IMG/VR virus record: IMGVR_UViG_3300035136_000035
DNA from: an uncultured virus (IMG/VR IMGVR_UViG_3300035136_000035)
Lineage: Duplodnaviria; Heunggongvirae; Uroviricota; Caudoviricetes
DNA: 64,000 bases
Direction: 5' to 3' (one strand)
Shown here: positions 16,029-25,144 of the stretch, piece by piece
Layout: every line of letters begins with the position of its first letter
Position numbering within the stretch: position 1 is the first letter of the stretch
Notes under the pieces: model-generated
Databases searched by the model: none
Seen by the model: only the letters and a program-made list of their open reading frames with translations
What the model was told of the DNA's origin: nothing
Position numbers and translations under genes: made by a program

Positions 16029-16104
16029 GTTGAAAAATATTTTTTGAAATAGTTTTTTAAAATATTTTTATTTTTATATTTTTGCAAAAACAAATATGTA
16101 AAAT

Positions 16105-16872
16105 ATGAATATTCAAAAATTCACAAAACAGGAATTTGGGACATTAACTACTATTACTAGCCATAAAACAGGAATTGTTATGTTCATTGCATCAGAAGTT
16201 GGAAAGATGTGGGGACATACAAATATGAAACAAGTTGTTAATAGGTTATTAGAAAAAGATGAATATAAGGTAATAAATAAATCTAATTATCCAGATTTTT
16301 TTAAACAGCTTGTTAGTAACAAAGTGTTACCATCAAAAGCTCAACGTATTCAACTTGTTACGGAAAGTGCTGTATATAAATTAGCTTTATCTTCAAATCT
16401 TGAAAAAGCAAAACCATTTCGGAATTGGGTTACACAAGAAGTTCTCCCCTCCATAAGAAAAAATGGTTATTATTCAATAGCTGATCAAACACAAAAATTA
16501 ATGATTCATACTAATCATTCAATTCAAAAACAAAATTCAAAAGATGTAAATGCAAAAAATTATATAGAATCAGGAGTTGTAGGAATTATAGAATATAACA
16601 GACAAAATTGTTTGCTTCATTCAGGTAAATTACCTCATGAACTTATTGAAGAAGGGAAAAAAATAGGATTAAAATCTAAAGATAGAAATTCAGGAAAAGA
16701 AGTATTAAGACATACAAAACCAGCTATTGCTTGTGCTATGTCATTTACTGATGATTTGGTTAAAAAAGGGTTTGATTTAAAAACGGTTAGCGAACTTAGT
16801 AAGAAGTGTGCTATACCTTTATTTGAAGGAATGATAGAACTTGGAGCTAATCCTGATGAATTAAATGATTAA
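16105..16872 (+). CDS. BRO-N domain antirepressor-like protein
   Basis: FIASEVGKMWG; TESAVYKLALSSNLEKAKPFRNWVTQEVLPSIRKNGYY. Confidence 0.9.
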   Translation: MNIQKFTKQEFGTLTTITSHKTGIVMFIASEVGKMWGHTNMKQVVNRLLEKDEYKVINKSNYPDFFKQLVSNKVLPSKAQRIQLVTESAVYKLALSSNLEKAKPFRNWVTQEVLPSIRKNGYYSIADQTQKLMIHTNHSIQKQNSKDVNAKNYIESGVVGIIEYNRQNCLLHSGKLPHELIEEGKKIGLKSKDRNSGKEVLRHTKPAIACAMSFTDDLVKKGFDLKTVSELSKKCAIPLFEGMIELGANPDELND

Positions 16873-17266
16873 AGGTGGTTATATTTTACAACCAAGAAAA
16901 GTTGATGAATCTGAGATTATGCATGATCCTCCGATTGTGCGTGAGATATGGTTTTATTTACTTAGAAAAGTCAATCATAAAAATCATAAAAATTTGAAAA
17001 GAGGACAAGGAATATTTAATTTTAACGAAATAGCTGATGATCTTCATTGGTTTGTTGGATATAGAAAAATGAAGTATTCAAAACCACAAATTACGAAAAC
17101 TCTACGAAGGTTATGCGAAAGAAACATGATAGCAACGATGAAAGCAACAAGAGGAATCATTGTAACTATTAATAATTACAGCTATTACCAGAATCCCGAA
17201 AATTACGAAAGCAACGGCGAAGAAATCACGAAAGAAATGCGAAGGCAACAGGAGGGTATCATGTAA
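16865..17266 (+). CDS. phage replication-initiator-like N-terminal domain (apparently truncated)
   Basis: GYILQPRK, WFYLLRKVNH, LKRGQ and IVTINNYSYYQ motifs; iteron-like repeats; NKNDKNDKN continues in frame after the TAA. Confidence 0.65.
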   Translation: MIKGGYILQPRKVDESEIMHDPPIVREIWFYLLRKVNHKNHKNLKRGQGIFNFNEIADDLHWFVGYRKMKYSKPQITKTLRRLCERNMIATMKATRGIIVTINNYSYYQNPENYESNGEEITKEMRRQQEGIM

Positions 17267-17635
17267 AACAAGAATGATAAGAATGATAAGAATAGAATAA
17301 TGATAAGAATGATTAAATATAATAATAAAGCTTTAACTTTTAAAAAAAGTAAAAAGTAATCTTACTAATAAAGTAAGGCAAACATCTAACTATATGAATA
17401 AACTTATATATATAAATAAAGCATGCGAATTTTTTTTAAAAAATATCGCTTAAGTAAAAATAATTATGATTGAATGGAAATTAAATAAAACTATTAAATA
17501 TAGATTTAATTATCAAAATGAATGGTCTATATTTAGAATGGAAGATACAGAAAATTGTTTTAATTTTTTTGTTTACTTACAAAATCAGGAAGAATTAGGA
17601 AAATGTGAAATAATAAACTCATTAAACACAAAAAA

Positions 17636-18115
17636 ATGAAAGAAAAAAGAAAAAATTTCGGCGAAAAGAAAAAAGAAGAATACACACTTGGTTTTGCTTT
17701 TGATAAAGAAAAAAAGCATATTGCTTTAATTAAAAAAAATCATCCTGAATGGCAAAAAGGATGTTTTAATGGTATAGGAGGACATAGAGAAAAAAATGAA
17801 ACTCCTATGCAATGTATGATTCGAGAATTTGAAGAAGAAACAGGATATAGATATGATGATTGGAATTTTTTTTTACTTATGAAATTTAATAAAGCTTTAG
17901 TTAATTGTTATTATGCTATTATGGATTTAAATAAAATTAAATCTATAACAGATGAAAAAATTTCGATAATATCTATTGATGATATTTTAAATTTAAAAAT
18001 AAAAATGATTAGTAATTTGACATGGATTATTCCTATGGTTATTGATTTTGAAAAAGAACCATTTAATCATCATGTAATTTATCATTATAATATTTATAAC
18101 CTAAAAAATAAATAA
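17636..18115 (+). CDS. NUDIX hydrolase
   Basis: Nudix box GGHREKNETPMQCMIREFEEETG. Confidence 0.9.
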   Translation: MKEKRKNFGEKKKEEYTLGFAFDKEKKHIALIKKNHPEWQKGCFNGIGGHREKNETPMQCMIREFEEETGYRYDDWNFFLLMKFNKALVNCYYAIMDLNKIKSITDEKISIISIDDILNLKIKMISNLTWIIPMVIDFEKEPFNHHVIYHYNIYNLKNK

Positions 18116-18291
18116 GATGAATACAGAAGAAAAAAACAAAATTATGTTAGAAGCATTACAACGAATAAGTATTGGTGCAGGAAGATATAATGAAGATAAA
18201 TTAATTCATGCTTCAAACACAATAGAGGACATGAAGGAATTAGCTATTGAAGCTATTAAAAAAGTAACTAACAAATAAAAACTTAAATAAG

Positions 18292-18612
18292 ATGGAAAAA
18301 ACAATTTTAGAAAAAAGAATTATAGAGAAGGCAGAAGAAAGATTTCAAAAAGATTACAAGAAATTTGTTGATTTTATAATCAATAATCCGATAGGTAAAA
18401 GATTAAAAATTATTGGATTAACTGATGGAGATATTCATTTATCTTATTTTGGATGTAATTATGCGTTATTCAATCATGAACAAAATAAAAATTCTAACAA
18501 AAAAAATACAAATTATGATTCAGTAAAAGAAGAATTAATTAAAGAATATATAAAATTTGAAACAGATGAATTATTACAAAAATTAGAGAATATAAAATAT
18601 TTGTTTGAATAA
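18292..18612 (+). CDS. hypothetical protein
   Basis: ORF track. Confidence 0.6.
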   Translation: MEKTILEKRIIEKAEERFQKDYKKFVDFIINNPIGKRLKIIGLTDGDIHLSYFGCNYALFNHEQNKNSNKKNTNYDSVKEELIKEYIKFETDELLQKLENIKYLFE

Positions 18613-18753
18613 AAATAATTCAACCATGTCAAAATATATAACAGTAATTTGTTTAACAATAATTTCAATATTAGAATTAGTTTTAACAAAACAATTATAT
18701 TGGTCTATAGGTTTATTTTTTCTTTATGGTATATATAAAATTTTAATTAAATT

Positions 18754-19128
18754 ATGAAAAACAAGTACGAATACATAGACAAGATAATAGAGAAGTTTCA
18801 AGAGTCATATTTTTTGTTTCATGGATTTGAGTATGAAATTATGACGGTTGGAAAGGAAAGAAACATGGCTGGTAAGATACTTTCATTATACAGGAAGAAA
18901 TATCCAGATTCAAACAGCGAAGAAACACTTGAAGGGTTAAAAAAATATTTCGATCTTTGTATATCAATAAATGATAGTTGGCTAAGACAAAATATGTCAC
19001 TTTCGATAATAGTCAGTAAATTTAACCAGATAAATAATATTTTACGAAATGGAAATAGAGATAAAAAAGTCGGGGCAACAAAATCAGACCTTGCAAAAAT
19101 ATTTTCAAAGGGTTTACCTAGAGGATGA
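18754..19128 (+). CDS. hypothetical protein
   Basis: ORF track. Confidence 0.65.
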   Translation: MKNKYEYIDKIIEKFQESYFLFHGFEYEIMTVGKERNMAGKILSLYRKKYPDSNSEETLEGLKKYFDLCISINDSWLRQNMSLSIIVSKFNQINNILRNGNRDKKVGATKSDLAKIFSKGLPRG

Positions 19129-19504
19129 TAAAGTATATTTAAGTCATTATACAGGTGATCAACTTGATTATAAAACTATTGTAGAACAAGCTGATAGGTT
19201 AAATGATTTTTTCCCAAGATTAACGGCAGGATATTTTGAAAGATTTAGGGAACGATTAACAGAATTATCTAATAAATTTACAAATCAAAAATTGATTGAT
19301 GCTGTAAATAATATGATTGATACTTATGAATATGAATTTCCACCATTTGCTAGGATTATTAAATTTGATAAAAGATCAAGATTATATACCAGGGATGAAA
19401 TTTTAAAAATGCAAGAAGAAGATATAAATATTTGGGATAAAGTTGAACCTAAAAAAATAAACGATAAAATTTTTTATATAAAAAAGTCACTATATGGAAA
19501 TTAA
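19049..19504 (+). CDS. hypothetical protein
   Basis: ORF track; overlaps both neighbours. Confidence 0.6.
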   Translation: MEIEIKKSGQQNQTLQKYFQRVYLEDDKVYLSHYTGDQLDYKTIVEQADRLNDFFPRLTAGYFERFRERLTELSNKFTNQKLIDAVNNMIDTYEYEFPPFARIIKFDKRSRLYTRDEILKMQEEDINIWDKVEPKKINDKIFYIKKSLYGN

Positions 19505-20114
19505 AAAAGTACTTAATGATTTTGTTTTGATAAAACTTTATGAAGGTTATGATTTCATAAAATTAAAAGATGGAAAGAAATTATGGATAGATACATCAGT
19601 TGAAGTTGAATGGCATAGGCAAATAAAAGGAGAAGTAATAAAAGTCCCTGGATTAAATAATTTAGAAATAAAAGAAAATGATATTGTATTGACATATTTT
19701 CAAGCTATTGGGAATGCATTTTCTTATGGATTTACAATTGTAGAAGATAAAAAAATATATGCTTTTGTTCATTATCCATCATTAATAGCAAGATTCGATG
19801 AAAATAAAATTTATCCTTTGAATGGTAGAATTATTGGAGAACCATTGTATAATGAAAATACTAACATGATATCAAGACTTAAAAAATCAAATCTTATTGT
19901 ACCAGATCAAATAAAGCATTCTAAAGATTCTCAATATGCAAAAATAATTTCATTAGGTTATGGGAATGAAGATTTAAAAATTGATGATATTGTTTTTTTA
20001 AGAAATAATAGTGATATTGATTTAGAATATGATTTGCATAAATCAACCGATAAAAAACTTATCCGGTTTGATAGAGATGATGTATTATGTATTATTGAAA
20101 ACAGCAAATTTTGA
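19494..20114 (+). CDS. GroES-like co-chaperonin (two tandem Cpn10-like domains)
   Basis: VLNDFVLIK...GEVIKVP...IKENDIV and YPLNGRIIGEP...SNLIVP...IISLGYG...LKIDDIV. Confidence 0.7.
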   Translation: MEIKKVLNDFVLIKLYEGYDFIKLKDGKKLWIDTSVEVEWHRQIKGEVIKVPGLNNLEIKENDIVLTYFQAIGNAFSYGFTIVEDKKIYAFVHYPSLIARFDENKIYPLNGRIIGEPLYNENTNMISRLKKSNLIVPDQIKHSKDSQYAKIISLGYGNEDLKIDDIVFLRNNSDIDLEYDLHKSTDKKLIRFDRDDVLCIIENSKF

Positions 20115-20154
20115 TTTTAAAATAATATATTTTATTTTTGAATAAAAAAATATC

Positions 20155-20403
20155 ATGGATTTAAAATTAGCAAGTAACGAAAAAGTAGAAGGAGTAAGAC
20201 TTGAAATAGCTGAAAATGGAGTTATTGTTTGTATTGAAACAAAAAAAGAAGGTAAAAAAAATTATGATACAATGTGGGATACTAAAAGATTTGCTTATGA
20301 ATTTAAAGATTCAGAAAGTGCTATTAGTGATATTACTTCTTATTACAGGAAAATAATGGAAGAACATCCTAATTACAAAAAATATAAGAAATCTAAAAAA
20401 TAA
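20155..20403 (+). CDS. hypothetical protein
   Basis: ORF with an upstream TAnnTTTG. Confidence 0.65.
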   Translation: MDLKLASNEKVEGVRLEIAENGVIVCIETKKEGKKNYDTMWDTKRFAYEFKDSESAISDITSYYRKIMEEHPNYKKYKKSKK

Positions 20404-20471
20404 CCCGATTTGCATCATAAAAAAATAATATTTAATTTGGCTGAAAAATAGTTTAATTCAATTATAAAAAA

Positions 20472-21071
20472 ATGAAAACAGTTGTTTTATATAACAAATC
20501 AAATGCTCAATCAATAGGAGCTGCAATTATCACATGGCAAAAATTTATTGATTCAAAAGTTATTGATATTTCTGAAATAGATGAATCTTTAAAAAAAATT
20601 AATAATTTTGAGTTATTGGTTATTTGCGAAAAAGTTGATAATAAAATTGTTAAATCATTTGAAAAGAAATTAATAAAAACTGATTTATCTGAACAATTCA
20701 AGAAAGAATTTAAATTAAAAAAACTTATTCTTGATTTTACATCAGATGAAAAATATTCTATAAATGCATGGAATCAATTTTATAAATCGAAATTTATTCC
20801 TGTGATTTTTTCAAATTTAAATCCTCCTGTTGTTAATGGTGAAATAAAAAAAGATAAGATTAAAAAAGCTGAAATTACAGGATTATTGATAAATATATTT
20901 TTAAATGATTTGAAAAATCCTGAAATATTAGCTGATTGGGAATCTTTAATTGATAAAGAATCTGACATTAATGATCCAACAAGAAAAAGTGTTGGTCAGA
21001 ATGTTATTTTATTAGCTAACTTATCACAATTAGCTGAACGAGTAAAAAAAGTAATTGAGTTTAATTTTTAA
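20472..21071 (+). CDS. hypothetical protein, degenerate DHH-like paralogue of 21083
   Basis: Shares colinear blocks with the next ORF. Confidence 0.55.
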   Translation: MKTVVLYNKSNAQSIGAAIITWQKFIDSKVIDISEIDESLKKINNFELLVICEKVDNKIVKSFEKKLIKTDLSEQFKKEFKLKKLILDFTSDEKYSINAWNQFYKSKFIPVIFSNLNPPVVNGEIKKDKIKKAEITGLLINIFLNDLKNPEILADWESLIDKESDINDPTRKSVGQNVILLANLSQLAERVKKVIEFNF

Positions 21072-21082
21072 AATATAAGAAG

Positions 21083-22027
21083 ATGAAAAAGATTTTGTTA
21101 TCCATATTATTTGCGTTTTTCGTTATATCTATACAAGCCCAATATAGTATAGCATGTTTTTATTCAAGTGATGTTCCTGAAACATCTCTTGGTTCTGCTA
21201 TTGTAAATGTTAAATTCAGTAGTGGACAAATTGATTTTTATGATATAGCTGGAGATGATAGTACTGCAATACATACTACAATAAGTGCTATTACAGATAG
21301 TAGCTATCATAAATTATTTTTACTTGTAGATACTGCTACTGCTGAAACAGCGAATAAAATACAAGGGTTTTTATATGATACATTAACTGTAAAATTGTTT
21401 GGTGATACTGTTATATACAGTTATCAAGGAGATACACTTCCAATCTATATTCAACCAACAACAACTAAATCTAAAAACCAAGTTTTATGGGACAGAACAG
21501 ATATGTATTACGGTAAAAATGCACCGCTAATAGTTAAATATTTAGGCCGTCAATTTTTCAGAAAAACAGGAGGTACATGTTCTTATACTGCTACTGATAG
21601 TACTGTATATGATAGTACAGCATCATGGACAATTAATGCTTATGCCGGAGATTATGTATATATAAAATCAGGTACAGGATTTGGAGAATACAGGACTATA
21701 ACATCAAACACTAGTGATACATTGGTTGTTAGTGTTGATTTTAGTTCTGATCTTAATACTACTAGTGCTTATGTAGTTAAAGATGATGGTCAATTGAATG
21801 AATTATTTTATGATATTTATTCAGAAGTATATATAAGAACATATCTTGGTGATTTTACTAGTGCTACTGTGGTAGCTAATTGGTATAAATTACTTGATGC
21901 AAATTATAATTTTAATGATGGAGGATTATACACTCCAGTTCAAGATTTAGATTATTTATGGAATACAGTTATTGCAGGAGGAAAGATAATTTACGATTAT
22001 TTGTTTGAGGTTGGAACTTCTCCATAA
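21083..22027 (+). CDS. signal-peptide protein, degenerate DHH-like fold with an inserted Thr/Gly-rich beta domain
   Basis: MKKILLSILFAFFVISIQA-Q; SLGSAIV, PLIVKYLG and WYKLLD blocks. Confidence 0.55.
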   Translation: MKKILLSILFAFFVISIQAQYSIACFYSSDVPETSLGSAIVNVKFSSGQIDFYDIAGDDSTAIHTTISAITDSSYHKLFLLVDTATAETANKIQGFLYDTLTVKLFGDTVIYSYQGDTLPIYIQPTTTKSKNQVLWDRTDMYYGKNAPLIVKYLGRQFFRKTGGTCSYTATDSTVYDSTASWTINAYAGDYVYIKSGTGFGEYRTITSNTSDTLVVSVDFSSDLNTTSAYVVKDDGQLNELFYDIYSEVYIRTYLGDFTSATVVANWYKLLDANYNFNDGGLYTPVQDLDYLWNTVIAGGKIIYDYLFEVGTSP

Positions 22028-22073
22028 TTTCCTACATATACACTTCATGTTTGATTAGTTAGTATGAATTTTT

Positions 22074-22102
22074 ATCCGGTTATTTATTAACCGGATTTTT
22101 TT
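22074..22102 (+). terminator. intrinsic terminator abutting the next -7 promoter element
   Basis: ATCCGGTT/AACCGGAT plus T-run, then TATCTTTG at 22102-22109. Confidence 0.65.
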
Positions 22103-22123
22103 ATCTTTGTAAAAAATTATTAT

Positions 22124-22792
22124 ATGCAAGATTTAAAATCTTATATTGATACATTAGAATTAGTTGATAAAGATTATAAAGATTTAATGATACCATTCCA
22201 TAAAGTAGGTGATAATGTAGAGTTAGTGAAATATTTTAAAATATTAGATAACAGGGAAGAATTTAAATTACCATTAAGCAAACTTCATAGAAATTCAGTC
22301 ATTAGGTATATCATTTTAATGTATGATATGAATTCTCCATTAATAAAGAAAATAAATGATTTTGGACAAAGAATGTTAGTCTCTGCTTATTTATCTGGAT
22401 TTTCACAAGATAAAAACGGTGCATTTAATGATGAAGTTAAAAAAATGATGGCAGGAGGTAATAATCGTGTAAATAAAATGATTATCTCATATTTAAAAGC
22501 TCATCGTTCAACGAAATGGTCTTTAATCTGCGCAAATTGGATTGTTTTTTATGAAGAAATTGAAAAAGTAATAAGAAGGGAAGAACCTAACAGAAAAATA
22601 AATATAAACACATTACAAAAAGAACTTGAAATGCAAATGATAGAATTTGCTAATCAAGATAGTAATTTACATTTACAACAAGAATTATTTGAACAAATAG
22701 AACAAGAAAATTTATTTCGATTAAGACCAGAAGGAATTGCTGAATATATTGAAGAAGGAATAGAACCTATAAATGCTGATGAAATTAGATGA
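22124..22792 (+). CDS. putative terminase small subunit
   Basis: Helical 222-aa ORF overlapping the start of terL; positional inference. Confidence 0.45.
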   Translation: MQDLKSYIDTLELVDKDYKDLMIPFHKVGDNVELVKYFKILDNREEFKLPLSKLHRNSVIRYIILMYDMNSPLIKKINDFGQRMLVSAYLSGFSQDKNGAFNDEVKKMMAGGNNRVNKMIISYLKAHRSTKWSLICANWIVFYEEIEKVIRREEPNRKININTLQKELEMQMIEFANQDSNLHLQQELFEQIEQENLFRLRPEGIAEYIEEGIEPINADEIR

Positions 22793-25097
22793 ACTTATAA
22801 AAAGATATCCTAAAGTTGATAAAAATATTCTTAAGCAATATAAAGAAGCTGAAAAATTTATTATTGTTAATGATGATCCTGACTTACATGCTATAAAAAT
22901 ACCATTACCTGATCCCCCACAGTATCATAAAATTGATGGATTTGGATTACCGGCAAACGAACAAAAATTTAAACCTCCTAAACTTCCTGATAAATTAAGA
23001 TATCTTCAACAACAAGAATTAACATTAGATGAAATATGGTATAAAATTCAAAATAACCAGCAATATTATAAAGATGAAATAAAATTTATAAAAAGACAAT
23101 GGTATTATCGTTTACATGGATATTGGTGTTTTATTAATGGAGTTCCTACTTATATTCAAAGATGGCAATGGTTTTATTGTTCATGGTGGCCAATAGATAA
23201 AGGATTACCAAAATATAGATCGAGAGATAGAAAATTTTATTTATTTGCCGAATGGTGTAAAAATGATACAACAGCATTTTATCCAATACGAGCATTAATA
23301 AATGGGCACTATCGTTATTTTGCTAATGATGATGAATTTAATTTATATGTAAAAGATGCTGAATTAAAAAATATAAAAGTAGAAAAAGGAAATTTTATAA
23401 TTGATTTTGAAAAAAAAACTTGTATGGGATTTAATTATCCTAAATTCAGACAAGAAGGCACAACATATAAATGTGGATTAATAAATTATGAAATTACAAG
23501 TAAAATAAAAAATGTTAAATCAGGAGTATCTAGTAAAGCAGAAACACATGCTAAAGCGAAATATCTTGATGCAATAGTTTATCCCTGGACAAAATTACCT
23601 TTCTTTTTCAGGCCAAATTGGGAAGGTTCAACAGAACCACAAAATGGAATATCATTTAATGAACCTTCAAGAAAAATAAGTAGTAAAGGTAGTTTAGTAA
23701 CACAAAAAATATCTCTTGATTCAAAAATAACAATAGGAATATCTGACGGATCTGATTTTGATGGGAATAATTATATTTTTATTTTTAAAGATGAAGTAGG
23801 TAAATTTGAACCTCCTCTTGATTTAATTAAAATTCATAATGTTACTAAAAGTTGTCTTATTGAACAAGGTAGTGATGAAATAAGAGGATTTGGAATTAAT
23901 GGATCGACTGTTGATAAACAAGAAAAAGGAGGTTATCAATTTAGGGAATTATGCAGATTATCTGATTATACAGTTAGAGGACAAGACGGAAGAACAGCGT
24001 CAGGATTTTATAATTTATTTATTCCTGCATGGGATGGTATATTAATTGATGAATTTGGTAATTCAATAATAGAAGATCCAAAAGAACCTGTTAAAACAGA
24101 AAGGGGATATTTTTCTAAAATAGGTGGTAAAACACTTATAAAAAATAAAAGATCACATTATATACTTAATAATGATTTAGATGGACTTGATGAATATATA
24201 AGACAATTTCCAATATTTTTTAAAGAATGCTGGAGAAAAAGAAGTGAAGAATCAGGAATGCCTTCATTTATTATACAACAAAGATTAGAAGAATTATCAT
24301 TTAGTAATCCGACAAAAAGAAGGGGTAATTTTTATTGGGTTGATGGTAGAGATAGCCGGGTTGAATTCATGGATGATCCATTAGGAAGATGGTATTTATC
24401 TATAAGGTTGCCTAAAAATGAAACTAATTTAAGGACATGGGATAAATATAATAAAACATGGATACCATTAAGGCCAAATAAATTTATTGGTGGTGCTGAT
24501 CCACATAAACAAGATAAAGTAAAATATACAAATAGGGCATCAAAAACAGGTGGTGTTATATTTTATCCTCATGATCCTATACTTGATACCTCTGATTCAT
24601 TTCAAGATTGGAAATATAGTGAAAGATTTGTATGTACTTATGAAAATAAATCTTATGATAAATATGAGAATGCAGAAGATTTATTAATGATGTGTGTTTA
24701 TTTTGGATGTTTAGTTAATTGTGAAACAGATATTGGTACAATTGTTGACCATTTTATTTCAAGAAAATATGGTGGATATTTATTTCACATGAGAGATTTA
24801 ATTACAGGTAAAATAAACATTAATCCAGGAGTTAAAACAGGGAATAATTCGATAAAACAAGATGGATATACCGGATTATGCACACATTACCAAAGACATT
24901 CACATATTGAAGTACATGATGAATTGATGGAAGATGCTTTAGATATAGTAGGAATTGATGAAATGAGATATTATGATAGATTTACGGCAGCTTGTCATGC
25001 ATGGGTAGCATCAAGAAATATATATGTTTTAAAAGAAGAAGAAGAAAAAGAAAAAGTAGATTTAAGATCATTTATAAACGTGTATAAATATAACTGA
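22773..25097 (+). CDS. terL: terminase large subunit
   Basis: Walker A-like YPKFRQEGTTY, Walker B IFKDEVGK, coupling motif GST, RNase H-like GGADP and YYDRFTA. Confidence 0.88.
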   Translation: MLMKLDELIKRYPKVDKNILKQYKEAEKFIIVNDDPDLHAIKIPLPDPPQYHKIDGFGLPANEQKFKPPKLPDKLRYLQQQELTLDEIWYKIQNNQQYYKDEIKFIKRQWYYRLHGYWCFINGVPTYIQRWQWFYCSWWPIDKGLPKYRSRDRKFYLFAEWCKNDTTAFYPIRALINGHYRYFANDDEFNLYVKDAELKNIKVEKGNFIIDFEKKTCMGFNYPKFRQEGTTYKCGLINYEITSKIKNVKSGVSSKAETHAKAKYLDAIVYPWTKLPFFFRPNWEGSTEPQNGISFNEPSRKISSKGSLVTQKISLDSKITIGISDGSDFDGNNYIFIFKDEVGKFEPPLDLIKIHNVTKSCLIEQGSDEIRGFGINGSTVDKQEKGGYQFRELCRLSDYTVRGQDGRTASGFYNLFIPAWDGILIDEFGNSIIEDPKEPVKTERGYFSKIGGKTLIKNKRSHYILNNDLDGLDEYIRQFPIFFKECWRKRSEESGMPSFIIQQRLEELSFSNPTKRRGNFYWVDGRDSRVEFMDDPLGRWYLSIRLPKNETNLRTWDKYNKTWIPLRPNKFIGGADPHKQDKVKYTNRASKTGGVIFYPHDPILDTSDSFQDWKYSERFVCTYENKSYDKYENAEDLLMMCVYFGCLVNCETDIGTIVDHFISRKYGGYLFHMRDLITGKININPGVKTGNNSIKQDGYTGLCTHYQRHSHIEVHDELMEDALDIVGIDEMRYYDRFTAACHAWVASRNIYVLKEEEEKEKVDLRSFINVYKYN

Positions 25098-25144
25098 AAT
25101 TGTATTTGTTGATTTTATATTTTATTTTTGGATAAAAAATAGCC

